A stretch of 64,000 nucleotides of DNA from Ylistrum balloti (Eukaryota): contig NW_026782124.1 of the NCBI RefSeq assembly GCF_031769215.1, positions 620,001 through 684,000 of the forward strand, given 5' to 3'. Below are positions 23,945 to 36,688 of the stretch, one piece after another (position 1 is the first letter of the stretch; each line of letters begins with the position of its first letter). The position numbers were made by a program, and so were the translations under genes. The notes below the pieces were generated by a model. The model saw nothing but the letters and a program-made list of their open reading frames with translations. It did not search any database and was not told the origin of the DNA.

Positions 23945-26339
23945 GTTATTCGTCAGTAATCTACGCTTGTTTGAGCTAAAGTAGTTCATGGAAATACAGT
24001 GCAATACATCAGTCATGGAGATCAGTGGCTTTTTAATCCGGAACGAAACAACCTTGTGCTGTTGACCAATGTCCAGACGAAACCTTACACACCTACATCT
24101 ATTGTTATACCTTGTAATCGGTCAAGGCTTGGTGGATTATATCACTCGGTCTTCGCACAGCTTAAACCCCATTCATAGCCTAAACATTCTACATCCTGTC
24201 ACTTCGTGCAAACACGCGTGAAATGGACAGTTAAAAGTCAGCAATGAAAATAAACATTTATTTTTTCGCTACATTGACTTTAAGAAAGTGATTTACGAGG
24301 AACCTACCAACACATATGTTGATTTGAAATAACAAACCTGCACGCATATCATACATGCTCCTAGGCCATTCAAGCGTATATTTTGATTTGAAATGCCAGT
24401 ATTTTGCTCGTGTAATACATGTTGCTAACTACTCGAATGTTTCCGTTGTTCCTTCGAGAACAACCGAAAACCACTAAAGTATGGTATGGAAACTTGGTTG
24501 TGTTTCAAAGAACACACACGTTTTGTTATCGCTTTCATATCAATTATCCATTATTTGGTGTTCTTTTTAAAAGATTAGAACATTCACCAATATGATCGGG
24601 CTGTATCGAATTTCTTGCACGGTTCACTTGAAAAATACGATAAATTGACAAGAAATCACACTCGTATTTCAAATATCAAATCGTATTCGGGGAAAGTACT
24701 TAAGCTCGTTCACGAAGAAATGTTGACTGCAAAATAGGACAAATAGGACGAGTAAAATAAACCGTAATTTAAATTTAAAATAGACGAAACCAAGACAAGA
24801 CTGTGAAATTGAAAATTTCAAACTAATTTGGAAATACCCCACGTGATAAGTAACCTAGTCACCGATTCAAGTAACCATTATAGGTATCTTACAGTATAAT
24901 ATATACACTTTAATCTTTATCATGTCATGTTTTCCACATATATGTTTCGAAATAGTTCACGATCAGAAATATTTTTGTTAGGATTTGATTCAATCTTGGA
25001 AGAATTATGAATGCTTTCATTTCGTTATTAATGACATATAACAGCCTAAAAAGTGAAAAGAAAAGAAGAAAAAACAGAAAAGATATTTTCAGGATTCCCC
25101 CCACCCCTACATGGTTATGACGTCGTCGTCTTAGCAGGCTCTTATACTACAAACAGGAAGTCACATATTAATCACTGGTATCAAGAGGTTTGTTTAAAAC
25201 TCCCGGCGAAGGCTGCACTCAAATATCAAGGACAATACAATTATCTATGACAAAGCGTTACCAGACTCGAACAACCTACTACAACCAACACACCCGCACA
25301 GTAGAAATTCCGAGAAACTAGTGTGTCATTTTTTATTTGTGACTCAAATATAATCCTAGGAAATTTTGATAAATCAGAGGACAAAAACATCTTGTTTTTT
25401 TTTGTGATAACCCTTAATGAAAAACATGTTTGTTAGCGGAACTGGATACGGAAGGGTGAGGTAGTAGTTTGGTTTTGCTAACCAAGGTTTTTCAAAACCC
25501 TTAAAATTGATCATATATAGGCTAAATCAATTAAGAATCCGGTGTCAATTAAACTTATGTAACCAGTCAATCCGTCTGATTTCATTACATCTGTTTGTTT
25601 TTGCTGCCACAGTCCATATACCTGGTGACACCAAATTGAACTTTGTTTCTATAATCACACGATCCTCTAAAATTAGCATAGATTTGTACTAATCAAGGTA
25701 AACGGCCTTAGTATCTCACCTTTGTGTTGATCACTGGTAACTATCGACTGTACGTGACCATGGTACAATTTCATAAAAAAAATCGTCCATTCATTTATTA
25801 TAATGTAATTTTACGGAAGACATATTTCACGTCAAAAACCTGCCCCAAGAAAACTTTAACCTGGTAAAGTGATTTTAACATGATAAACAAAATTTCAATT
25901 TTAACATTGTTAACCATAGAGAATGTGTTAATAAATAAACAATTTAGCGGCAAACTAGCTATAGCACAGTTAAAACGCTATTTTTTTGTTGCGGTGCTAC
26001 ATGCACTCAACTAGTAAACATCGACTTCGACTCTGTAAATTAAGACTTAAATGGATCTCGTTGATTAGGTTAACAATCACTGGACGGGGAGTGGCCATTT
26101 TAAAAGAAGTTTCGGGCTTTTTGACTCGTTAACGACCCATTTGTTTAGAAAATTTAAATTATTCCACTGAACATTTATGAATAAATAACCCAATACATTG
26201 TTCACTCAGCCATGCAGAGTGTTGAATGGATTGTCTCCCCTGCAAGATCGGTTACTGTCACGGTCACGAGCTTATCGAGGTCACACACACACACATCACA
26301 CCACTAAAACGACGGTGTAAGCTGTGCGGAAGGAGTTGA

Positions 26340-26351
26340 ATGGAAAATTGA
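26340..26351 (+). promoter_or_regulatory. 3-codon upstream ORF (ATG GAA AAT TGA) ending 2 nt before the SGPP start
   Basis: Read directly. Relevant only if the transcript starts upstream of 26340. Confidence 0.4.
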
Positions 26352-26353
26352 TA

Positions 26354-29300
26354 ATGGATCGTCTAAAGAACATGCTCTTGTATTTAGAAGGCCCAAAAAA
26401 TGTGGCTGACTTTCAGAAATTGTGTGGAATTGAAACATTGATACGGAAGGCAAATAGGCCTAATGGCTATGAGACTACCGATGTGAAGACTGAAAATGGC
26501 GACGCCGGTAAGCATTCGGACAATTGCGAATTGCGACAGAGAGATATACCTAACGGTTTCGCCAAGCAGGGCGATTGTTCAGAAAACAATTCCAATACAT
26601 CACAAAATGAATTAATTTCAAATAGACTAAATGGAATTTGCCATCAAACCACAAATGGTTTTGTGAAAAATGGACATGTTCGAAATGGATTACAAACGAA
26701 TGAATCAATGTTAAATAACAAAGACGAGGTAACGTATAGGATCCATAACAGATTGGTTCATTATCTGTTCCTATTTGGCGCCGCACTAGGGAACGAGCAG
26801 TTTTATTTGGTGTTTTTCCCATTTTTAATGTGGAATGTTGACTGTCGACTACTAAGACAAATGGTCATAGTGTGGCATGTCGGAATGTACCTCGGACAGG
26901 CAGCAAAGGATATATTCAGGAGACCCCGACCTGCATCACCACCTGTGGCGTATCTAGAGAAGAGATATGTCTCTGAATATGGCATGCCATCAACACATTC
27001 TACAGTGGGTGCTATCATCCCATTTTCAATATTGTATTTGACCCTCAATCAATATCAGGTAATTACATAGCCAGACTTGTCACAACAACTCAAAGTCTGC
27101 CTGTTTACACTCATTTATTCTTAACTGTTTACACATCTTTAGAAAAAAGGACTGATTAGGCTCATCAGTCTGGCCAGAAACAACCTTTTCATACAACGGG
27201 TCAAACAGGGATATAACAAAACAATACATCAAATAAAAATATGTAAATTTTTGAAATTAGAGATCAATATTGTATAGAAACAGTTAACTTTATCATTTAT
27301 ACATGGTTTTTACCTAAATTATATTTGACTCCTAAATTTATGATTTGGTGAAAAGAATTTTGAAAGCTGGTGTAACCCCTGTCATTGTAACATAAAGGTA
27401 TGTCCATGTGAATAGGCAAGTTGCTAACAAGGAAATGTCTGTGTTGAAATTTAAAAAGTCACTTCCTGCCAATCCTGGCTTACATTACAATTAATTGATA
27501 CTGAGTGTTGAAATTTTCTGGTCTATTTTATACTAATATTCCTTGGTTATCATATTACCTGGGTACATGGCTATATGTTATTCATGAATAGGGATATTTC
27601 CTGTCTCAAAGTTTTTGTGACCACTTCAGGAACTGGGCCCTGGCCCCATAGTTTTGAATGAGGAAAAATGAATAAAACAAAGATATTCAAATCTAATCAT
27701 ACTTCACAAGTTTATTCCTCTCCTGTATAGCTCATAATGCTTTCTAAGCATATATTGATTAGAGCTAGCTTACAGATCATGGCCTGGAAATACAGACATG
27801 TGAAATTGAGAGAATGTCCCATGCAAATTATGATTCATGAGCAACGTGATTCTCCCACTCCCCACTGATTTTTAACTTAAATGCTCCCATCAGTGATTTT
27901 CTCATCATTATTCTCTCCTACACACACTCACAATAAATTTAAATAAACCACATCAAGCCTATAGATAATCTCAAGATATTGAGAAGGTTAGATTAAAGAA
28001 ATCAAACTATATGGTCAGCATTTACCAGATATAGAGCTATTGTTGTCGGGAATTAGGTACACAACTGTGAAAATATGTACTGGTGATGATGTCACATATG
28101 TATATAAAATGTTTACATTTACAACCTGGTTGTGTGGGCAACAGATTATATTTGGCATGGTCACATACGTATATAAAATGTTTACATTTACAACATGACT
28201 GTGTGGTCAATAGCTTACATTTGCCAAACTTACAGCTGTTCCTTTGCTCAGAGGTTGGAGATATTTTCTGAGGGTAAAGCTGTTTGTCAGTCCTGATGTT
28301 AGAACTATCTTTAGAGGGTAAATTTATTTGTCATTGATGTTGGAACTATTTTCTGAGGGTAAAGCTGTTTGTCAGTCCTGATGTTAGAACTATCTTTAGA
28401 GGGTAAATTTATTTGTCATTGATGTTGGAACTATTTTCTGAGGGTAAAGCTGTTTGTCAGTCCTGATGTTAGAACTATCTTTAGAGGGTAAATTTATTTG
28501 TCATCGATGTTGGAACTATTTTCTGAGGGTAAAGCTGTTTGTCAGTCCTGATGTTAGAACTATCTTTAGAGGGTAAATTTATTTGTCATCGATGTTGGAA
28601 CTATTTTCTGAGGGTAAAGCTGTTTGTCAGTCCTGAGGTTAGAACTATTTTCTGAGTTTAAATCTGTTTGTCAGTAGTGATGTTGAAACTAAAGCCATTT
28701 GTTAGTACTGTTATGTACACATTCATATAAATAAATCTGTTTGTCTGTCCTGAAGTTAGGCTATTTTCTGAGTTTAAAACTGTTTGCCAGTCCTCAGAAA
28801 ATGAAACTCCAACAGTGAATGGTTCACTGTCTTGATCAGTCCTCAGTGCTTTTGTAAAACACTTGACATTATACTTGGTAGCCAGTAGCATGATCATCTG
28901 CACCTGTCTTGATAATGTTAACAAATGTCTAAAACAGATGTCTGAGTGAGCTGCTTGAAAAAATAGTTTAACATTGATGCATTTATCTTAGTTTTGCTCT
29001 AAGTTGAAACTGCACAGACTGTAAGATCAATGTTTGCAGCTTTGGAAAACAATTGACAAGTTTATTCTCAAGCCAATTTTTGTACACTGTTTTCCAAAAA
29101 TTATACTATTTGTTCATATTGTCAAGGATATCAACTCAAAGAAAGTTTTTCTTTTGACCAGTTTGTAGAAAAGTAGGAAATGAATACCTAGTAATTCTTT
29201 TTCATTTCATTTTGATTAACATATTATTGAAATGATTTACATCCAGTTTGAAGAATATTGTAATCAACAAATGTTATGAAAACAATGCTCCAGTTAAACA

Positions 29301-32300
29301 ACATTGTCAAGATGATTGGTATAATAAATTGTAAAGAGTATAATACCTTCTGACAAGTGTATCATTTGAAGAAAAAAAATTTTTTAACTGAAGTGTGCTC
29401 ATTTCATTTGTATGTTAAAATCAAATGTCAGTATTTTGAAAAAATCAAAGGAAGTTTGAGAACATCAGTTCTGCCATACATCTAGTGTGGCCATATTTTT
29501 CACAAAATTAGCACCTTGTTTGTAAATGGGATTTCCCAAATACATAGATGTAGGTTTAGTTGGTTATGAAGTCAGCTGTTACTATCTCAATATCACACAG
29601 TCATTGTTCGAAGAAAGTTTACCTGTAATCCATGTCTGACAGCAGCTGTTGTATCCACATGAGAATGATTGCAGTTTCATGGAATGTTTGCTGTGTTGTC
29701 TATGAAATGTTTTTGTGGCTGTAACTAATAAAATATTTTAAAAATGGACAAATTCCTGGAAATCTAAATTCAGCTCAGGTCTAGGTCTCTCAGTGCACCA
29801 ATAACATAACATTTTCGATCCTATACAGAAGTCTCAGGTGTTTGAAACACTGTGTACTGAGAAATTTTCACCCCTGTTTAATTTTTGGGCTTTTTGTGCA
29901 TGAACACATGATGAATTTAATATAAGGTGGATGGGTTGGGGGGTGGATGTGTGTTTCTCTTAATATGATCCTTTTATACAGTCACCAGAGAGTGAAATGA
30001 AAGTAAGGTGAATTCATGAATAATGGTACAAGGGTGAAAATATCCTAGTGTGAAAATATTTCTGTATACAATAGTCTCAAAAATCAACTTCCTATAGTTA
30101 GTGTGAAGTATTGATAGTGATGATACTATGTATACTGTACTACAACTGTTTGTTATTTAAAACTAAGATGTTATTTCACAGTAATAGTATTTAATCACAA
30201 AACATAGCTGCAACAATTGTCCTTTCTTTGTATACTTAGATATCCTGGTGAAACTGATGTATAAAATATCTTTCAATCAATACATGAACAGTAATAAATG
30301 TTAACACTAGAAATATTGTGATGTTCTATCAACATTTTATTTATATTGATGCAATTGATAAAAGAAAGAAAGCTGGAAAATTAAGAATTCAAAAGTAATA
30401 CCCATGGTAATACCCAGTCTCCTCCTCTGTCTCCTCTAATGCTGAAGGTACCCTAGTAATACCCAGTCCCCTCCTCTGTCTCCTCTAATGTTGAAGGTAC
30501 ACTAGTAATACCCAGTCCCCTCCTCTGTCTCCTCTTATGCTGAAGGTACCCTAGTAATACCCAGTCTCCTCCTCTGTCTCCTCTACTGCTGATGTTACCC
30601 TAGTTATACCCAGTCTCCTCCTCTGTCTCCTCTACTGCTGAAGGTACCCTAGTAATACCCATTCTCCTCCTCTTTCCCCTTTAATGTTGATGTTACCCTA
30701 GTTATACCCAGTCTCCTCCTCTGTCTCCTCTACTGCTGAAGGTACCCTAGTTATACCCAGTCTCCTCCTCTGTCTCCACTTCTGCTGAAGGTACCCTAGT
30801 AATACCCAGTCTCCTCCTCTGTCCCCTCTAATGTTGATGTTATCCTGGTAATACCCAGTCTCCTCTGTCTCCTCTAATGCTGAAGGTACCCTAGTAATAC
30901 CCAGTCTCCTCCTCTGTCTCCACTTCTGCTGAAGGTACCCTAGTAATACCCAGTCTCCTCCTCTGTCTCCACTTCTGCTGAAGGTACCCTAGTAATACCC
31001 AGTCTCCTCCTCTGTCCCCTCTAATGTTGATGTTATCCTGGTAATACCCAGTCTCCTCTGTCTCCTCTAATGCTGAAGGTACCCTAGTAATACCCAGTCT
31101 CCTCCTCTGTCTCCACTTCTGCTGAAGGTACCCTGGTAATACCCAGTCTCCCCTGTCTCCTCTAATGCTGAAGGTACCCTAGTAATACCCAGTCTCCTCC
31201 TCTGTCCCCTCTAATGTTGATGTTATCCTGGTAATACCCAGTCTCCTCTGTCTCCTCTAATGCTGAAGGTACCCTAGTAATACCCAGTCTCCTCCTCTGT
31301 CTCCACTTCTGCTGAAGGTACCCTGGTAATACCCAGTCTCCCCTGTCTCCTCTAATGCTGAAGGTACCCTAGTAATACCCAGTCCCCTCCTCTGTCCCCT
31401 CTAATGTTGATGTTACCCTAGTAATACCCAGTCTCCTCCTCTGTCTCCTCTACTGCTGAAGGTACCCAAGTAATACCCAGTCTCCTCTACTGCTGAAGGC
31501 AATCTAGTTATACCCAGTCTCCTCCTCTGTCTCCTCTACTGCTGATTTTACCCTAGTTATACCCAGTCTCCTCCTCTGTCTCCTCTACTGCTGAAGGTAC
31601 CCAAGTAATACCCAGTCTCCTCTACTGCTGAAGGCAATCTAGTTATACCCAGTTTCCTCCTCTGTCTCCTCTACTGCTGATGTTACCCTAGTTATACCCA
31701 GTCTCCTCCTCTGTCTCCTCTACTGCTGATGTTACCCTAGTAATACCCAGTCTCCTCTACTGCTGAAGGCAATCTAGTTATACCCAGTCTCCTCCTCTGT
31801 CTCCTCTACTGCTGATGTTACCCTAGTAATACCGTTCTCCTCCTCTGTCCACACTGCTGCAGAAGTTATCACGATGAAATGCATAAAATACATCTCCTGC
31901 ATAAACGCTATCTGGATACTTTCATGCTGGTAAAATAGTATCCAGATACTTTTTATGTTCCTGCTTAAATTTCATGTATCACAGTCCAGGACAAACATAC
32001 AATAGCCCTCCCCTCAAATCTATTCCCCATCAGCTTAATTCTGTATACATCTGTCAAAAATGTACTCCTTGGATGCCTTTTTAGACACCTGTCTAAACTA
32101 TACCCCATAACAAAAATCTTCAATGTTTAGGTTACCTAAGTCAAAGTTTCACGATGATCTATTACCGATCGCTTTTAATGTTTGGTTTTGTGCATCCGTA
32201 AACTTTTAAATTTTTTGACTTCTTTTCTAAAACCCCAGAACTGATTTCCATGAAATTTTGCAGAAACCTTCCCAGGCAAAAGATGATGCAAAACATCAGA

Positions 32301-35300
32301 TTATATGGTCTTCACCCCAGGGGCCTGAGGGGTAGGGCAAAAAGCTGTTAGATTGACTCCAATTTCAAAAATCTTCTTCACAACACCCAGATATGGTAGA
32401 ATCAAATGCTCTTCAGGGATGAAAGCTTATTAAAGTGCTTTACCAAAATTGTGAATTTCATGGCCTCAGGGTCTCACATTTCCACCTGGGGAGGAGGGAA
32501 ATTTTACTTTAGCTTATATAGAAAGAGTTGCATTTTTAGCATAATTTTCAATGAAAATATTTCAAACTTGGTTAGAATTATGAGCAAAGGATGATAGCTT
32601 GATGTTATGCACATATTGATCCTGGCTGATCCCCAGTGGCTGATTGGCAGGGCCAAAAGGGATAGATTTGTCTCTAATTTCAAGTCTTACTTTCATCAAT
32701 GTTGCAATTTCTTTTTGGTGACACTTAAACTTACCCTAGAACCTTTTATATTCAATATTGCTTATCTCAGGTGACTACCAAGGCCGCAAGGCCTTTTGTA
32801 TTGTCACGTCCCCTAACAAGTTACCATATGGCTATTGTAAGACTAGGGAATGACTGTGAGTAGTGTAACCCATGCTGGGTCCTTCGCCTTTGGCTTCTAA
32901 GTAAAAAAAGTATGGATACACATTTGTATTTAAAATATATCTACACACATGACACAGCTGTCATCTACTCTGATCACATATATCTACATAAGCTATAGAG
33001 TTTTTATGTACCAAAAGTTTACACCGCCTATATACATGCATGTATCAGTAGAAAAATACTGCTGATATCAAAAATAAAATTACTAGGTTAATAACAAACA
33101 GACTTTTCTATTATTGCTTCAGGTATTAATGTGTTAATTGTTCCTGTGGGAAACTTGCCCTAAGGTTATTGTTTAAAGTTGATTGTATCCATTTAAGTCA
33201 AATGCAAAATATTTGGAATAGTTTTAACTGTAAATTGTACCAACTTATCTGTTAGAAATATCACAGTTGTATTTACATAGCTAAACTTTGGGTGACTTTA
33301 TATAGGAAAGTGTACATGTACATTTAGTGTTCTTAAAATCCATATACACTGTCTCCTCTGGCTCAAGTGTCATCACTTGTGTGACTTTTATCTCAAGTAG
33401 TTTTACTAGTTTTCCATTGGTCATCATTCTGTAGACAGCATTGTATTTCTTAGTTTGTCCTTCTGTCTGTTATTCTGTCTGTCTTTCAGCCAATCTGATA
33501 GCCTATAAGTCTGTCCATTTGTCTGTCAGTCTGTCTCTCAGTCTGTTATTTCTCTCAGTCTTAGATTATTAATAATGGATATTCCATTTTTCACTTTTGC
33601 AACATGTATAAGCAGTGTCATTTTTAGCTGAATCAGATTTTCAAGATGGTCACTAGTTATTTTGCATTTTGACACTGAGGATTGTTCATTCTCAGTGCAT
33701 GCCTCACTTTGTAGATGACATTTTTAATCATGTAGATATATTCATTTTATATAGCCAGAGTTTCTTCTGATCCTACATAATCTAGACTAGATATTTTGAT
33801 GGACAGCTTCATACCAGAACATGGCCAGAGTTTCCTCAGCACCTTACACAAGACTTTAGATGTTTGGACAGATAGATCCCAGAAATAAGATATTTTGATG
33901 AATAGATCCATACCAGAAATTTCCTCTGTTTCCTACACATATATACATACAAAAGACCAGACAGTTTAGATATCTGGAATTGTCTGTCAAAATATCTGAA
34001 CATCTGGTGTAAGAGACAGAGGGAACTCTGATGAATATTTTAAAGTGATATGGCTTCAGACAGTTGCTACAGATTGTACCAAAGACACAAATTGATACCA
34101 TGTCTTAATACAGATTTAGAGAGGTAGAGTAGAGCCAAACAGTGAACCAATTGTGTCATGCAGCTGTTTCATTTCTCTGGGACTGGGCAGCAATACTAAG
34201 GGTCAAAATTTTGGAAGCCTAGGAGGTGACTGAAAAAAAATCCAAAATATTCAAAAGAAAATTCATAATCTAGATTGAGAGGTGCACTAGTCCATGATTT
34301 AATTGATTTCGATAATTTTCATATATCAAATCATTTTAGAACGTCAAGTATTTGTATATATTGAACTGGCCACTATTCAAATTGAATTAAAACGTGGCAT
34401 CCAGGTTATGGAAAGCCTCGGAGACTAAAACTCCCCTAGTTATATAGGAGTGTCTACCTACATGAGTACTGTACCACTGATCCATTTCTTTTAATCTACC
34501 GTCTGGAGTGACTTATTCTTGGTAGACAGAATATTATTTGAACTGTTTCAAATATGAAATAAAACATGATTCAACTTTTTGTTTTTGCTTTCAGTACAAC
34601 TTTACTTTTGGTCTAACTGTGGCCTTGGTGTGGACAATATTAGTGGGCTGTAGTCGAATCTATCTGGGGATGCATACAGCGCTGGTAAGTTGTCCAGGAA
34701 CTGCATATCTCTCCAACTATAAGCCTGTGTCTAGTGATAAGCCCACCCTTATATAATCTATGTTTAGTAAATTGTGTCTTGTTGCTTTTTCAGCTGTTTT
34801 AATCAGTCTGTTCCCTGATCATGACTGGTTATAAGTAATGTGTTATCCCTAGAACTTATTACACACATACATTATACAGATATTCAGACAAAATCTATGT
34901 TTGAACAGGAGTTGAGTCGATAGTTTTTAAAGAATTGTTTTGATGAAAATTATTTAGAGACCGTTGATTTCATGCATTTTATTAGCCCACCATCTGATGA
35001 GTGTGAGCTATTAAGATTTTCTCTACGTTCGTGATCCGTGGTCCATCCATCTGTCCGTAAAGAATTTTTTTTTTATCACGATTTCTTGAGAAGTACTGAA
35101 TGTATCTCTCTGAAATTTCACATATAGGTTCCCCTTGGTCTCTAGTTGTGCCTGTGTAATTTTGTAAGTGATCAGAATTACAAAATGGCGGAAAGGCAGC
35201 CTTCTTGGATTTTGTCTTTGAAAGTTTGTTATCCTTATTATTTCTTAAGGTTCTTGTTGGATCTTTCTTAAAGTTTATATGTAGGTTCCCCTTAGTCTCT

Positions 35301-36688
35301 AGTTGTGCCTATGTAATTTTGTAACTGATCAGAAAAGCAAAATGGCTAACAGACTGACATCTTAGATTTTGATTTTGAAAGTTTGTTATCACTATTTCTT
35401 AAGAACTACTGTATAGATCTTTCTCAAATTTCATGCATAGGGCTATTTACGTCCCTAGGTGTGCCTATTTGAGTTTGGGACTGATCAGAAAGCAAAATGG
35501 CTGCCAGGCAGCCATTTTTTATTTATCCTAGTAAAAATTGTTATTGCTATTTCTGAAGAAGTACTGAATGGATATCTCTCAAATTTTATACATATGTTCC
35601 CTTTGATCTCTCCTTGTGTTCGTTTGCTTTTGGAACTGGTCAGAAGAAACAAAATGGCTTCCAGGTGGCCATTTTGGATTTGGCAGGTAAAGATTATTAT
35701 TTATTTCTGCAAAGGAATATTCAAATGTCTTATCATTAGGAGCAAAAATTGAGAAGAAAAAAGAAGGGTAAAGATTCAACTTTCAAGGAGCATATAAAGA
35801 TCAAACAATAGTCAGCCTCATGATCCCTCTGGGATCTCTTGTTGAAATATAGATTTGAAATGTAAAGTTGTTTAGTGGGTTGTAGGACGAAATATAGATT
35901 TGAAATGTAAGGTTGTTTAGGTGTGTTGTAGGACGAAATATAAATTTGAAATGTAAGGTTGTTTAGGTGTGTTGAAGTACAAAATATGAATTTGAAATGT
36001 AAGGTTGTTTAGGTGTGTTGAAGTACAAAATATGAATTTGAAATGTAAGGATATTTTAGTAATTTTTTGTAGGATGAAACATAAACTTGAAATGTAAGGT
36101 TAATTTTGTGTCTTGTAGGATGTTATATGTGGGATCCTGACTGCTTGCATGATTATGCCAGTCCTACTGCCTCTGGTGGGGACATTCGACTATCTTCAGA
36201 TTACTCACCCGCTTGCCCCACTGGTCACAGTGCTAGGATCCTTCATCCTCTGCTTCGTGTATCCACCTGTGAAGGAATGGAATACTGCTCGAGGAGACAC
36301 CGCCACAGTGCATGGTATAGGGAGTGGCATTTCCTTTGGATGTTGGTTACATTACAATCTGGGTTTAATGTATGCTGTGCCTTCTGGAGCTCCCTATGCA
36401 ATCAAGTTCCCAACAGTAGAATGGGTTGCACTAAGCTTGGTGCGGATTGCCGTGGGTGCCTCACTCATTGCGGTAGGCAGACATTTCGCAAAGAGGGGAG
36501 CTTTAAGATTCCTGTGTTACATGTACGGGCAAGACAGAAACAATATTCAAGTTCAGCGACAAATGAAAGTGGAAACTCCGCAGAAGTTCTTCACCTATTT
36601 CACAATCTCTGTGGGAGCTGCTTTTATAGCACCGGCTATGTTTAGAACCTTCGGTATCCACAGAGAGGCTTTCTTTACTGAATTCTAG
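26354..36688 (+). CDS. SGPP1: Sphingosine-1-phosphate phosphatase (PAP2 family; SGPP1/2 homolog), 454 aa, 3 exons
   Basis: Exons 26354-27058, 34595-34684, 36119-36688; GT-AG introns, both phase 0. PAP2 motifs KDIFRRPRP, YGMPSTH and SRIYLGMHTALD. SGPP1 versus SGPP2 orthology is not resolved. Confidence 0.93.
28262..28660. repeat. 85-bp dimeric minisatellite (44+41-bp related subunits), about 4.5 copies, SGPP intron 1
   Basis: tattttctgagggtaaagctgtttgtcagtcctgatgttagaac alternates with tatctttagagggtaaatttatttgtcattgatgttggaac. Confidence 0.93.
30405..31850. repeat. About 49-bp pyrimidine-rich minisatellite, about 30 copies, SGPP intron 1
   Basis: Unit ccctagtaatacccagtctcctcctctgtctcctctaatgctgaaggta with 46- and 36-bp variants. 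Confidence 0.95.
32125..32800. mobile_element. Helentron-associated (HINE-like) non-autonomous element
   Basis: 5' tttaggttaccta..., body with aaacttttaaattttttgacttcttttctaaaacc, 3' caggtgac plus hairpin aggcc-gcaa-ggcct-tttgt. Confidence 0.55.
34979..35843. mobile_element. HINE-like element carrying about 4 internal repeats of about 155-160 bp, SGPP intron 2
   Basis: 5' ttattagcccacc, ccatccatctgtccg microsatellite-like tract, repeated gttatc...ctgatcagaa...aaaatggc units, 3' hairpin gatccc-tct-gggatc-tcttgtt. Confidence 0.65.
35845..36122. repeat. 45-46-bp tandem repeat, about 6 copies, whose last unit contains the SGPP exon 3 acceptor
   Basis: Unit aaatatagatttgaaatgtaaggttgtttaggtgtgttgtaggacg; the final unit ends tcttgtag|gatg at 36118/36119. 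Confidence 0.9.

Noticed and set aside
26324-26353. GTG-initiated N-terminal extension of SGPP from the ORF track
   Set aside because: ATG 26354 has strong context and precedes the conserved N-terminal motif; nothing supports a non-AUG start.
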